A stretch of 64,000 nucleotides of DNA from Cellvibrionaceae bacterium (GTDB lineage: Bacteria; Pseudomonadota; Gammaproteobacteria; Pseudomonadales; Cellvibrionaceae). Made by a program: the position numbers and the translations under genes. The stretch covers positions 3,136 to 67,135 of the forward strand of contig JBNKUQ010000002.1 in the NCBI GenBank assembly GCA_050298695.1, read 5' to 3'. Of the stretch, positions 25,369-34,490 are shown piece after piece. Numbering within the stretch: the first letter of the stretch is position 1; each line of letters opens with the position of its first letter. The notes below the pieces were generated by a model. The model was not told the origin of the DNA. It worked only from the letters and a program-made list of their open reading frames with translations, and searched no databases.

Positions 25369-26043
25369 ATGCGATACGTTTCTAAAAAAGAGCGGTATAA
25401 AAAAGTGAGTCGATATCAACAGCGCTTATCTGTTGCATTATTGCTGATGTTAGCCACTTGTTTTGTTTCATTGGCATCGAATGCGAAAGTGAAGGTTATT
25501 GAGGTGACATTTGATTCTGAGCCGCATAAAGTGGTTCAGCAGACTACCTTAAAAGTATTGTCTGCTATTGATTCGGGGCTTGATCCTGTTAATGAGCCAA
25601 AAAAGTTTGTTGAGCAATTATCATTGATACTTGATCCTGTTGTTGCCTTTGACTATATCGCACGAGGGGTCATGGGTGATTATGCTAAACAAGTAAGCGC
25701 AACAGAGGTATCTAATTTTTCTAAAGCGTTTAAATTGGGCTTAGTGAATACCTATGGTAAAGGTATGTCTAATTTCAGTGATTTAGAAGTATCTGTGCTC
25801 CCTCCTGCAGAGCCTGTAGGTGAATCTAAAAAAATAGCTGTCGTACAAGAAATACGAGGTGCATCATCCACAAATCAGGTTTCTTACACGATGGCAAAAA
25901 ATAAAAAAGGCCAGTGGAAGATGATTAATGTTGTTTTGAACGGTATTAATTTGGGACAAACTTTTCGCGGGCAATTTGCGGCAGAAGTTGAAAAAAATAA
26001 AGGCGATGTTGCTAAAACTATCAATGAATGGGGTAAAAACTAG
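25369..26043 (+). CDS. MlaC/Ttg2D-family periplasmic phospholipid-binding protein (orphan copy)
   Basis: It has a signal-like region (LSVALLLMLATCFVSLASNA). The core DPVVAFDYIARGVMGDYAKQVS...FSKAFKLGLVNTYG...KGQWKMINVVLNGINLGQTFRGQF follows the MlaC pattern. ATG 25369 is preferred to the ORF-track start at 25291. Confidence 0.65.
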   Translation: MRYVSKKERYKKVSRYQQRLSVALLLMLATCFVSLASNAKVKVIEVTFDSEPHKVVQQTTLKVLSAIDSGLDPVNEPKKFVEQLSLILDPVVAFDYIARGVMGDYAKQVSATEVSNFSKAFKLGLVNTYGKGMSNFSDLEVSVLPPAEPVGESKKIAVVQEIRGASSTNQVSYTMAKNKKGQWKMINVVLNGINLGQTFRGQFAAEVEKNKGDVAKTINEWGKN

Positions 26044-26356
26044 CTTGTTTAAGCTTGTCTTCTTTGTTCCTGAATCTCATTGTGAGTCAGTAAAAACAGC
26101 AATATTTGAGGCTGGTGCTGGTCGACAAGGAAATTATGCTGACTGCTCCTGGCAAGTGCTGGGCGAGGGGCAATTCCGCCCTCTTGACCAGAGTCAGCCC
26201 TTTATTGGTGAAGAAGGGAAATTAGAAAAAGTCATGGAATATCGAGTAGAAACACTCTGTGAGTCACATCGCTTAGCGGATGTGATCGCTGCACTAAAAA
26301 ATGCCCACCCTTATGAAGATCCAGCTTATGATATTTTGCGTTTAGAAGTTTGCTAA
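26024..26356 (+). CDS. Small COG3323/YqfO-like (Nif3 insert, PII-fold) protein
   Basis: LFKLVFFVPESHCESVKTAIFEAGAGRQGNYADCSWQVLGEGQFRPL...HPYEDPAYDILRLE matches the ~100-aa stand-alone YqfO-like family as I remember it. The start is uncertain (the ORF track gives 25976). Confidence 0.55.
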   Translation: MNGVKTSLFKLVFFVPESHCESVKTAIFEAGAGRQGNYADCSWQVLGEGQFRPLDQSQPFIGEEGKLEKVMEYRVETLCESHRLADVIAALKNAHPYEDPAYDILRLEVC

Positions 26357-26377
26357 GTTATGCAAACATATACCAAA

Positions 26378-26932
26378 CTATTTCTTATCTGTATGAGACT
26401 GTTTTAGTACCTTAGCACGAAAAATAAATTCTTCTTGGCCTCTATCAGAAAAGTAATATTTCAGTGTTTCTTCTACCACAGGAAATGCGAGTTGTTGCCA
26501 AGGTATTTCACTTTCTGTAAATAACTTTACATCCAAAGACTCTTCTCCCGCGTCAAAGTTTGTATCAGCTAATTCAGCTTTATAAAAAAAATAGACTTGA
26601 TTGATATGTGGCAAATCAAAAATGGTATACAAGAAGGCGTTTTTTAATGTTGCTTTTGCTTCTTCCCAAGACTCTCTCAGAGCACCTTGCTCAGTACTTT
26701 CTCCATTTTCTAAAAAGCCCGCGGGCAATGTCCAGAGGCCATATCGTGGCTCAATAGCGCGTTTACAGAGTAATACTTTATCGTTGTGGATAGGTAAAAC
26801 CCCTGTAATGATACGGGGATTTTGGTAGTGAATAGTTGCACATGACGCGTTATCACAAACGTGGCGTTCACGATTATCGTCAGCCGGAACAAGCCAGCTA
26901 ACACTAGTACCACACATACTGCAAAATTTCAT
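26378..26932 (-). CDS. NUDIX hydrolase with an N-terminal zinc ribbon
   Basis: The zinc ribbon is CSMCG...CDNASC. The Nudix box is GFLENGESTEQGALRESWEEAKA. Confidence 0.8.
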   Translation of the reverse strand: MKFCSMCGTSVSWLVPADDNRERHVCDNASCATIHYQNPRIITGVLPIHNDKVLLCKRAIEPRYGLWTLPAGFLENGESTEQGALRESWEEAKATLKNAFLYTIFDLPHINQVYFFYKAELADTNFDAGEESLDVKLFTESEIPWQQLAFPVVEETLKYYFSDRGQEEFIFRAKVLKQSHTDKK

Positions 26933-27177
26933 AATGCCATCTTAACTATGTAACCTGGAAATTAAATAGGTGGTCCTGATCTATTTAATTTTCATCCCTT
27001 AAAAACTGGCGGAATTGCGTGAAATCCCTTGTTTTTAAGGGATTCGCACTGGTCTAACGACCAGTGGCGGTGCATCCTTGCCCCGCTTATTAACCCCAGC
27101 ATACATAAAAACCTGCCGGGTTAATAGTAATAAAAAATGGCATTATAGATGAGTTAAGTCTCGATATCTCGAAGAGA

Positions 27178-27531
27178 TTAACTCGCTGGAAAACTGAGTA
27201 CTTTTGCAGCGATTTTGGTATTGCGGTCAATGGATTGCATATCAGCATTTAAAGGATCGTTGACCCCTGTGATTGTATTCAGCCAATTACGCAATTCTGC
27301 AAATGATTCATGCATCATTTGGTTTATTTTCATACAGGCTCCCATAGGAGAATCTGCGTGTATTTTGCGTTGGGCATCAATCTGAAATTGTAGCCCGCGA
27401 AGGCGGCGTTGACACTCTTCAGGTGCGCTATTAATAATATTTTCTACCTGCTCTTGGCGAAATCTTTCCAGCTCATCTGGCTGTTCTTTTGCCAATTTAA
27501 GTAAGATATCAAAACTTGGTAAATCCGACAC
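27178..27531 (-). CDS. DUF3135-like small protein
   Basis: LPSFDILLKLAKEQPDELERFRQEQVENIINSAPEECQRRLRGLQFQIDAQRK fits my memory of DUF3135. The function is unknown. Confidence 0.5.
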   Translation of the reverse strand: MSDLPSFDILLKLAKEQPDELERFRQEQVENIINSAPEECQRRLRGLQFQIDAQRKIHADSPMGACMKINQMMHESFAELRNWLNTITGVNDPLNADMQSIDRNTKIAAKVLSFPAS

Positions 27532-27846
27532 GATGCTTCTCCTATTAAAACTTTATGCGCTGAGGCCCCCACCTCGAATACCGCAAAAGCGTGTTACTAT
27601 GGTCATAATTTTGTACAAAACTTATACTACAAAAAAAACTTTGCTATGTAGATAGCAGTTATTAGACTAAATAGTTATTAGAATAATGGGGAAATCAGCA
27701 GGTAACCGTTCTAAATTGAGATTTGCATGTATTCTTGTGTAAGAACTCAGGTTTTGCTCCTGTAATGAGGTGAATCACGCTGTTTTAGCGTTTTTTCTGT
27801 TATAACCATTTTTTGTGAAATGAATAAAGGTAGTTGAAATAATAAA

Positions 27847-28452
27847 ATGAAACGTGACATAGCTCTCATTGATTCTGGTTTATTGCCAGTGCCTGAGCCG
27901 ATGGATAAAAGCTTCTGCAAAGGGAAGGCGGCGGTGCTTGTTCCTATTGTAGAACGTGATAATGACTTGTATTTGTTATTGACGAAGCGTGCAGTGCATT
28001 TACGCCAGCATGGAGGCGAGGTGGCTTTTCCCGGTGGAATGTGGGAAGACGGTGATCAGTTTCCCGTGGCCACTGCCTTGCGTGAAGCACGTGAGGAAAT
28101 AGCCCTAGATAGCCGTTTGGTCGACGTTTTAGGGGTATTGCCCAGTTTGCCAACCCGGAACAATACGGCGGTTACACCGGTTATCGCAATGACCAATGCT
28201 CCCCTGGAGCTAGTGGCTAACCCAGGAGAAATAGAATCTATATTTTTTGTTCCTCTTGGCGAGCTTGCTCCGTCTAAGCGCATTCGAACGGATGTTTTTC
28301 TTCACCGCAAAGCCCTATTGTGGGCGCCGGCTTATGAGTTTGATGGTTTTGAAATATGGGGGTTTACAGCGGGCGTCATTAAGATATTACTAGAGCGTTG
28401 TTTTGCTCAAACCTTTGAAAGAGAGCATTCTGCGCCAGAAAAAATGTGGTAA
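27847..28452 (+). CDS. CoA pyrophosphatase (NudL/YeaB-type NUDIX hydrolase)
   Basis: The CoA-type motif LLTKRAVHLRQHGGEVAFPGG immediately precedes the Nudix box GGMWEDGDQFPVATALREAREEIAL. Confidence 0.75.
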   Translation: MKRDIALIDSGLLPVPEPMDKSFCKGKAAVLVPIVERDNDLYLLLTKRAVHLRQHGGEVAFPGGMWEDGDQFPVATALREAREEIALDSRLVDVLGVLPSLPTRNNTAVTPVIAMTNAPLELVANPGEIESIFFVPLGELAPSKRIRTDVFLHRKALLWAPAYEFDGFEIWGFTAGVIKILLERCFAQTFEREHSAPEKMW

Positions 28453-28505
28453 TCTGCGCTGAGGCTAAGCCGGTATAAGATTTTCGTAGAGGATCAGTTT
28501 TATAT

Positions 28506-28644
28506 GGGCACCTCTAAAAATTAGGATTTTTTGTGAGAGCAAGAAAGCACTGCGCGCAGAACCGCAGCTTATACAACATAAATGAGGATTTGAGCACAGC
28601 GCTGACGCTGCTATCGCGAAAAAAGACAATTTTTAGAGGTGACC
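28506..28644. mobile_element. MITE-like non-autonomous element, copy B
   Basis: The terminal inverted repeats are GGGCACCTCTAAA (28506-28518) and TTTAGAGGTGACC (28632-28644), matching at 12 of 13 positions. It shares internal blocks with copy A. ATAT flanks both ends. Confidence 0.65.
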
Positions 28645-28646
28645 AT

Positions 28647-28868
28647 ATGTCAAATGATAAGAATATTTATAACATCGAACAAATAGAGCAAAAACTAGTG
28701 GGCTCTCCTTGTATTTCTGTTTGCGCGTTAGATGAAGATGATATTTGCACGGGGTGTTACCGAAGTGCTGAAGAGATTCGACTCTGGGGGGGAATGAGTA
28801 ACGGAGAGAAGCGGGAAACTATTGAGCGTGCTTTTAATCGAGAGAAGCGGGTCAACCCCTTTATTTAG
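28647..28868 (+). CDS. DUF1289 (Cys-rich, Fe-S-like) small protein
   Basis: SPCISVCALDEDDICTGCYRSAEEIRLWGGMSNGEKRETI is the DUF1289 signature. ATG 28647 follows GAGGTG. The ORF-track start at 28533 lies inside the MITE-like element. Confidence 0.7.
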   Translation: MSNDKNIYNIEQIEQKLVGSPCISVCALDEDDICTGCYRSAEEIRLWGGMSNGEKRETIERAFNREKRVNPFI

Positions 28869-28873
28869 TTAAC

Positions 28874-28905
28874 CCTGAAAAAAGCCTTCCCTGGCTTTTT
28901 TCAGG
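28874..28905. terminator. Bidirectional terminator-like hairpin between the convergent DUF1289 and corC-type genes
   Basis: CCTGAAAAAAGCC-TTCCCT-GGCTTTTTTCAGG is a perfect 13-bp inverted repeat. The A6/T6 runs provide U-tracts in either direction. Confidence 0.5.
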
Positions 28906-29009
28906 AGTCGAAGCAAAAATCTGGTAAAAATGCTTTGAGTACAGGGTTTCTGGTTGAAATAAATTGTTAATCGGGTGATTTTATTTTTTAAATTAGTATG
29001 TCGTGCATT

Positions 29010-30281
29010 TTATGCGTCATCCACCAATCTCACTTTCGCTGTGCTAATCATAGTGTTCGAAATTTCTGTTGTCTCAAAAATATAATCTGTAATTTTAAAG
29101 CTGATGTGACCTTTAGGAATATTTTCTAGATATTCCATCATTAACCCGTTCAAGGTTTTTGGTCCATTGGTTGGTAGTTCCCAAGCTAATTGTCGGTTGA
29201 TATCTCTAATTGATGTTCCTCCATCAATTAGATACCAGTCATCATCAACGGCACGTATTTCTGCCTCATTGGAATTGCCAAGGTTTGTGGTAAAGTCCCC
29301 AACAATTTCTTCCAGTAAGTCAGCAAGTGTGATTAAACCCTGAATTTCTCCGTATTCGTCAACGACCAGCGCCATATTGTGCTTCTGGCTTTTAAAATGA
29401 ATAAGTTGCTTATGTAGCGGGGTACTTTCTGGGACAAAGTAAGGAGAACTAATATGGTCTCGAATATCCTGATGGGTTAGCGATTCTTTACTTTGTAAAA
29501 AACGAGGCGTGAAGCGAAGATGCAATACACCAATCACATTATTGATATTGCCTTCGTAGACGGGTAAACGCGTATATTCGACGGTTTCTAGTTGTTTAAT
29601 GATATCGGCTATGGAGTCTTCGATATTAATTCCTACCACATCACTTCGAGGAATCATAATATCTTCAACGGAAGCTTTTTCCAGATCTAGGATGTTGAGC
29701 AGCATATCTTGGTGCTCATCAGGTATGAGGCCTCCTGCTTCACCTACCACTGTTCTTAACTCATCCGGATTTAAATGCTCATGAACCTGTGCATTTGTTG
29801 TATTAACGCCACATGCTCTAGCTAAACCATTCGATATGGAATTCACTAGCCAAACAGCGGGGTAGAGTACAAAGAGTAATGGTTTTAGTATCCAGCTAAA
29901 TGGGAAGGCCACTTTCTCAGGGTAGAGAGCGGCGATAGTTTTGGGGGTGACTTCTGCGAAGATAAGTACCGCTAGCGTTAAAATAACACTGGCAGAGAGA
30001 ACAGCATCTTCTCCATAGAGGCGAATAGCGATCAAGGTTGCAATGGCGGCGGCAATGTTATTAACCAAGTTATTGCCAATTAGGATAACACCTATTAGCC
30101 GGTCAGGCCTTTTGAGTAGAGAAGAAGAGCGTTTAGCGCCTTGATGACCTTTCTTTTCCAAATGTCTCAAGCGATATCGGTTGAGTGACATCATCGCGGT
30201 TTCTGAACTAGAAAAGAAAGCTGAACAAAGGATCAGTATACCGAGGGAGCTAAATAAGAAACTCAATGGAATGTCGTTCAA
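29010..30281 (-). CDS. HlyC/CorC-family (CNNM/DUF21-CBS-CorC_HlyC) transporter
   Basis: The N-terminal DUF21 membrane domain is LILCSAFFSSSETAMMSLNRYRLRHL. It also has a CBS pair and a C-terminal CorC_HlyC domain. It is 423 aa. Confidence 0.8.
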   Translation of the reverse strand: MNDIPLSFLFSSLGILILCSAFFSSSETAMMSLNRYRLRHLEKKGHQGAKRSSSLLKRPDRLIGVILIGNNLVNNIAAAIATLIAIRLYGEDAVLSASVILTLAVLIFAEVTPKTIAALYPEKVAFPFSWILKPLLFVLYPAVWLVNSISNGLARACGVNTTNAQVHEHLNPDELRTVVGEAGGLIPDEHQDMLLNILDLEKASVEDIMIPRSDVVGINIEDSIADIIKQLETVEYTRLPVYEGNINNVIGVLHLRFTPRFLQSKESLTHQDIRDHISSPYFVPESTPLHKQLIHFKSQKHNMALVVDEYGEIQGLITLADLLEEIVGDFTTNLGNSNEAEIRAVDDDWYLIDGGTSIRDINRQLAWELPTNGPKTLNGLMMEYLENIPKGHISFKITDYIFETTEISNTMISTAKVRLVDDA

Positions 30282-30348
30282 AAAAAATCTGCCTACAGGT
30301 TGTTGGGAGTGCTTATCTTAAAGAGTTTTGCCACATTCGCAAGGGGTC

Positions 30349-30729
30349 TTAGGAGCGGATATTGACGAGGGATGTAATGCATGCAGATGCAATATCAGAT
30401 TTATCGATAATTCCGCACCCACTCCAAAAAAGGTCGTCATCTCCTTCAGATGGATGGCACCAAATACATTCAATTCCTAACTGAAATTCACGCTGTAGAT
30501 TGACCATACTAGGTAAAAATAGCTTTATTTGATGGGATGCGTTTAATGCTAAGGCGTCACCAATAAGCAGTAAACCTTCCTGGTGTATGTCTACTAATTT
30601 ACCTAGACGTTTATTGCTGAGAGTGTCGATTATTTCGATATCCGCATAAAGGCGATAACGTTTTAAGCGACGCCTGTTTGCCAGGGTTTGCTGATCATTA
30701 TTGCTCCCTGGGGTGTTGGTAGGCTCCAT
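30349..30729 (-). CDS. PilZ-domain protein (putative c-di-GMP receptor, non-canonical second motif)
   Basis: An RxxxR motif lies within NRRRLKRYR. About 22 residues later, DIHQEG stands where (D/N)xSxxG is expected. The protein is 126 aa and lies 30 nt downstream of the DUF1631 gene. Confidence 0.55.
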   Translation of the reverse strand: MEPTNTPGSNNDQQTLANRRRLKRYRLYADIEIIDTLSNKRLGKLVDIHQEGLLLIGDALALNASHQIKLFLPSMVNLQREFQLGIECIWCHPSEGDDDLFWSGCGIIDKSDIASACITSLVNIRS

Positions 30730-30759
30730 TAAGTTTCTCTTTTTATTGGTTCTGCATCG

Positions 30760-33078
30760 TTATAATGATTTTGCTTCATTATCCAATTTTTGAAAAATAC
30801 GCTCTAGCGCTCGTTCAAATAGAGGCTTAGTACTACCAGCCACAATTTCAGCATCACCAGACATTATTTTTCTCGCGAGTTCTAGGCGCGATATCATAAC
30901 AACTTTGTGACTAGTGCTGTCAACTAGCATATATTTCATCAGTTTTGAGCTGAAGCCATTAACTTTAAGTCGTACATGGTCTTTGAATTCGAACCAGGTT
31001 CCAGGCTCGATGAGTTTAAGATAATTGATTACCTTTTCCTCTTCGGCTGTAGGTGTTTCTTCTTTTTGCTTAATGGGCGTTGGCTCCTTAATCGGAAGAG
31101 GTTTAGCATTATCTTCCACTTTTTCTTCAGGGGGTTTAGCAACCGTTGCCGCAGGTTTCACAAATTTCTTAATGGTTGCTATTTTTAGGGCAGTTAAATC
31201 GACTAGTGCTTTTTTCGATTTGCTTTGATCATAGCCCATGGTGTTAAAGCCAACTTTAATTGCCGATAAAATACCATTGAAGCGGGATTCTAATTCACTG
31301 CGATCGGTATCTTTTTTTCCGAAGTTAAAAAAGTAAACTAACTCATCAACAACTCTAATGGCTTGTTTCCAAAGCGCTTCGTTATCACTATCTCGCAGTT
31401 GTAACAGCGTTAGATAGGTAAACCACGGTTTAAATAGCTGGATGACTGCTGAAGGTAACTTAATACCTTTAACGCGTGACTCTAATTCTTTTTTAGCTCT
31501 CTGTTTTGCGAGACGGAGACGCTCTTGCCCCTGAACTCTCTCAATAGTGTTACGTTCTTTAAGCTGATGTTTGTGATTAAGCTTATTTTTGAGGCGATTG
31601 AATTCAAATAATATTTCTGCAAACAGACGGACATCATTTTTAAATTCATCCATGATGCGCATAACAATGGCTTTTATTTCATTGTACATATCATATTGCG
31701 CAGAACCATCGTTGTTCACCCAGTTTGCGCCTGCTTCTGCCAAACTATCCAATAAAAGCCGAGCAGGATGTTCCGGTTTTTCAAAGAACTGAGTATCAAT
31801 AAATGCGAGTTTTAAGAAAGGCGTATGCAAATGACTGAGTAGCGTTTTTACTGAGTCAGGTAGACTATCGTCCGTTAATATATATTCGAAAAGTATACCT
31901 ACCAAATCAATGGTATACATGTCTTGGGGGTTGATTTTGCCATCGGGTGACTCTTTGGCAAGTTCATTAGCGATTTGTTTATTGGTTTCAATAATACTCT
32001 GAGGGTCTAGTTGCTTAACTTCACTGATCAGCACCGTTTTAGCCGATTGAACATTCTCAACTGCATCAATAATCTGTTGATTAACAAATAAAATAGGCGG
32101 GTGGGAGACCTTTTGCCCTGGGTCTCTAAATTGTTGTGGTGCTACATCAGACACTACGGGTGGTTTGTTGTCTGCTTCGTAGTTACGTGTTTGTTGCAAT
32201 AGAGATCGAATAGCATAGACAAGTTGAATTTGATCTCCCTCTTTCACGGGTTGGTTAGTTCCCATCACGTCACTAGTTTGGGCATCCGCTTTTTCTTGTA
32301 AATAAGGATTTTTGTCAATATTACTTTTGACATCATAGGTGCTCTGAGTGACACCTTTATCATAGCGAAGGTTTGGTAAAATACCCTCAGAAATAAAGTA
32401 CTCGTTTGTAGTTGTGTACAACGGCTGAAGATATTTATAAATGATACTCGCAAACACCTTGTACGTTGTTAGTTTAGAGGGGGTATCTAAATTAACCAAG
32501 GTTAGACTAGACCGTAACGCAACACAGAATTGTAAGGGAGAGATAGGATTGTTGTGCTCGTTAACGGCCTCTCCTCCATTGATGCTGCCAAAACGCTTTT
32601 CTAAACGCCATAATTCATCCTGAAATTCTATGTTGCTCTCATGAGCGATGGTTTTGATGGCAATTGTCTCTTCCAGTTCATCGTTGTCGATGAGAGACCA
32701 TATTTTATCGTCTGGGTGTGGTTCACGTAAGTATGTTGAGAGGGCTTTGCGCTGAAAAAGATCAAACCCATGATTAATCTGGTCACCAAAGTTGAGTTTT
32801 AAGCGATCAATATTGGCCTTGAATTCATTCAAGTTTTCCATGGCAAGAATATTGCCCTGGTTGGTGGTCGACTTTTCAATATTTTCGTTGAGTTGCTCAA
32901 TAGCGAGTTCTGTGAACTCCTCAAACAACATATCTGCTTGGGTCACAGCGACTTCTTGGCAATGATTAATCCAGGCAGCAACTTTGATATCGTAGGTTGT
33001 GACTTTGCCTGGAGCCACAGAGCGTAGGTGTGGGCGAGGTTTGTTAAACACTTGTTTATTCTCAGTCATAGACTTCAC
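30760..33078 (-). CDS. DUF1631-family protein
   Basis: It is 772 aa. The central block LLSHLHTPFLKLAFIDTQFFEKPEHPARLLLDSLAEAG and the C-terminal GTWFEFKDHVRLKVNGFSSKLMKYMLVD fit my memory of DUF1631. Confidence 0.6.
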   Translation of the reverse strand: MKSMTENKQVFNKPRPHLRSVAPGKVTTYDIKVAAWINHCQEVAVTQADMLFEEFTELAIEQLNENIEKSTTNQGNILAMENLNEFKANIDRLKLNFGDQINHGFDLFQRKALSTYLREPHPDDKIWSLIDNDELEETIAIKTIAHESNIEFQDELWRLEKRFGSINGGEAVNEHNNPISPLQFCVALRSSLTLVNLDTPSKLTTYKVFASIIYKYLQPLYTTTNEYFISEGILPNLRYDKGVTQSTYDVKSNIDKNPYLQEKADAQTSDVMGTNQPVKEGDQIQLVYAIRSLLQQTRNYEADNKPPVVSDVAPQQFRDPGQKVSHPPILFVNQQIIDAVENVQSAKTVLISEVKQLDPQSIIETNKQIANELAKESPDGKINPQDMYTIDLVGILFEYILTDDSLPDSVKTLLSHLHTPFLKLAFIDTQFFEKPEHPARLLLDSLAEAGANWVNNDGSAQYDMYNEIKAIVMRIMDEFKNDVRLFAEILFEFNRLKNKLNHKHQLKERNTIERVQGQERLRLAKQRAKKELESRVKGIKLPSAVIQLFKPWFTYLTLLQLRDSDNEALWKQAIRVVDELVYFFNFGKKDTDRSELESRFNGILSAIKVGFNTMGYDQSKSKKALVDLTALKIATIKKFVKPAATVAKPPEEKVEDNAKPLPIKEPTPIKQKEETPTAEEEKVINYLKLIEPGTWFEFKDHVRLKVNGFSSKLMKYMLVDSTSHKVVMISRLELARKIMSGDAEIVAGSTKPLFERALERIFQKLDNEAKSL

Positions 33079-33197
33079 CCTGACTTCAGGTCGCTCCGTT
33101 AATATTTATTGGTTTAAAGGCCCTACTTACTAGGTTTTCGTAATTTGATCAATAATACAACAATAATGGGTGCCAATATCCAAGCTTATACTAAAGA

Positions 33198-33213
33198 TGT
33201 GATATGCGTCACA
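33198..33213. promoter_or_regulatory. Perfect CRP/Vfr-type palindrome TGTGA-N6-TCACA
   Basis: GATGTGATATGCGTCACATT has both consensus half-sites intact and the canonical 6-bp spacer. It is centred ~127 bp upstream of the DUF1631 start codon. Confidence 0.5.
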
Positions 33214-33280
33214 TTATTGTAAGTTAAAAATTGATCACATGTTTATAATAAATAATTATCATTAGTGGTCTTGTATAAAG

Positions 33281-34084
33281 CTATCTGTTATTTATTATCA
33301 ACTCAAGCGCTACTTTGCTACCAAAATAACTAAGCATTAGTAGGCAAAACCCGCTTAATATCCATTTTACAGCAATATTGCCTCGCCAGCCTAGATAGTG
33401 ACGACCCCACAGTAATGCAGAGAAAACACTTAATGCAAATAGCGATAGCACGGTTTTATGTATGAGGTGTTGATCAAAAATATCTTCAAGATAAATAAAG
33501 CCCACGGTGATCGCGGCTGCTAGTAAAATAACACCAACCCATAATATATCAAAGATTAACAATTCCATTGTTTGTAGCGGAGGGAGTAGTTGAGCGACGC
33601 CGGATAGTCGATGACGCTTAATTTGATGGCTTTGCCAACTCCACAAAAGTGCTTGTAGAGATGCCATCGATAAAAGGCCATAAGCAATGATTGATAATAT
33701 GATGTGTGCACTAACGCCAGGAGTAACGGCGATGAATAGATGGTTACTTTCTCGTAAAAATAATGAAAAACTGATGGCTGTAATAGTTAATGGGAGTAGT
33801 GCAATAAACAAATTTTGCAGAGGCTTTTTGACACTGCTTAATAAAACCAACACATTTATCACCAGTATTACTAGTGAGAACATATTGTGGATGGCTAGGT
33901 CGATGCCATTTTCCAAAAACATAAGCTGATATAGGCCAACACAATGGCTCGTTGTTGCTAATACAATCAGTGTTGATAATAAAGGTGTGCTAAGAGAATG
34001 TTTCCGTACAATCAATACAAATAGGCATATGCTAGCAGCCAAGTAGAAGCCAATTGCAATGGTATTTGTGACAAGTGCAGACAT
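33281..34084 (-). CDS. YpjD/CcsA-like cytochrome c assembly-family inner membrane protein
   Basis: It is 267 aa with about 8 predicted TM helices. The C-terminal region LHKTVLSLFALSVFSALLWGRHYLGWRG resembles YpjD-type proteins. Confidence 0.55.
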   Translation of the reverse strand: MSALVTNTIAIGFYLAASICLFVLIVRKHSLSTPLLSTLIVLATTSHCVGLYQLMFLENGIDLAIHNMFSLVILVINVLVLLSSVKKPLQNLFIALLPLTITAISFSLFLRESNHLFIAVTPGVSAHIILSIIAYGLLSMASLQALLWSWQSHQIKRHRLSGVAQLLPPLQTMELLIFDILWVGVILLAAAITVGFIYLEDIFDQHLIHKTVLSLFALSVFSALLWGRHYLGWRGNIAVKWILSGFCLLMLSYFGSKVALELIINNR

Positions 34085-34175
34085 GTGACCCTCGGGTTAA
34101 TGTTCAGGGCATTAGTTTGTCATAGCGGCAGAGGTAATAGAAGCCACAGGCGCCTCTATATCCGCTTAAAGATAG

Positions 34176-34201
34176 TAAAACGCCCTGATAATCAGGGCGT
34201 T
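34176..34201 (-). terminator. Rho-independent terminator of rpsT
   Basis: On the minus strand, ACGCCCTGA-TTA-TCAGGGCGT is followed by TTTTAC, 29 nt after the rpsT stop. Confidence 0.75.
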
Positions 34202-34229
34202 TGTACATAGATAGACAGTGTTGTCTTGA

Positions 34230-34490
34230 TTAGAGCGCTTTAACTTGGCTATTCAGTCTGCTTTTGTAGCGAGCTGCTTTATTTTTATGAATGATGCCTT
34301 TGTCGGCCATACGATCGATAACAGGTACCGCAGAAGCGTATGCTTTGTTTGCTTCCTCTTTATTGCCCGCGTCTATTGCAGCTATCACTTTCTTAATTTG
34401 TGTGCGAACCATAGATCGCAAGCTAGCATTGTGTTTGCGAGCCTTTTCGTTCTGGATGGCACGCTTTTTCGCTTGAGGTGAGTTTGCCAC
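34230..34490 (-). CDS. rpsT: 30S ribosomal protein S20
   Basis: (V)[34 protein letters not shown]...[16 protein letters not shown] is 86 aa from the GTG at 34490. The 138-aa ORF-track model is over-extended upstream. Confidence 0.9.
   Translation of the reverse strand: MANSPQAKKRAIQNEKARKHNASLRSMVRTQIKKVIAAIDAGNKEEANKAYASAVPVIDRMADKGIIHKNKAARYKSRLNSQVKAL

Noticed and set aside
26933-27177. 245-bp spacer with several hairpins (AATCCCTT-GTTTTT-AAGGGATT, CTGGTC-TAAC-GACCAG, TTAACCC..GGGTTAA); considered as a possible small RNA
   Set aside because: I could not match it to 6S, tmRNA, RNase P, a riboswitch or any other family from memory. It may simply hold the DUF3135 gene terminator and the NUDIX gene promoter. 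It would need cmscan/Rfam and RNA-seq.
34141-34170. AGGCGCCTCTATA, resembling the left terminus of the MITE-like element
   Set aside because: Only about 10 nt match, and no partner repeat or internal blocks are nearby. This is insufficient to call a third copy or a solo terminus.
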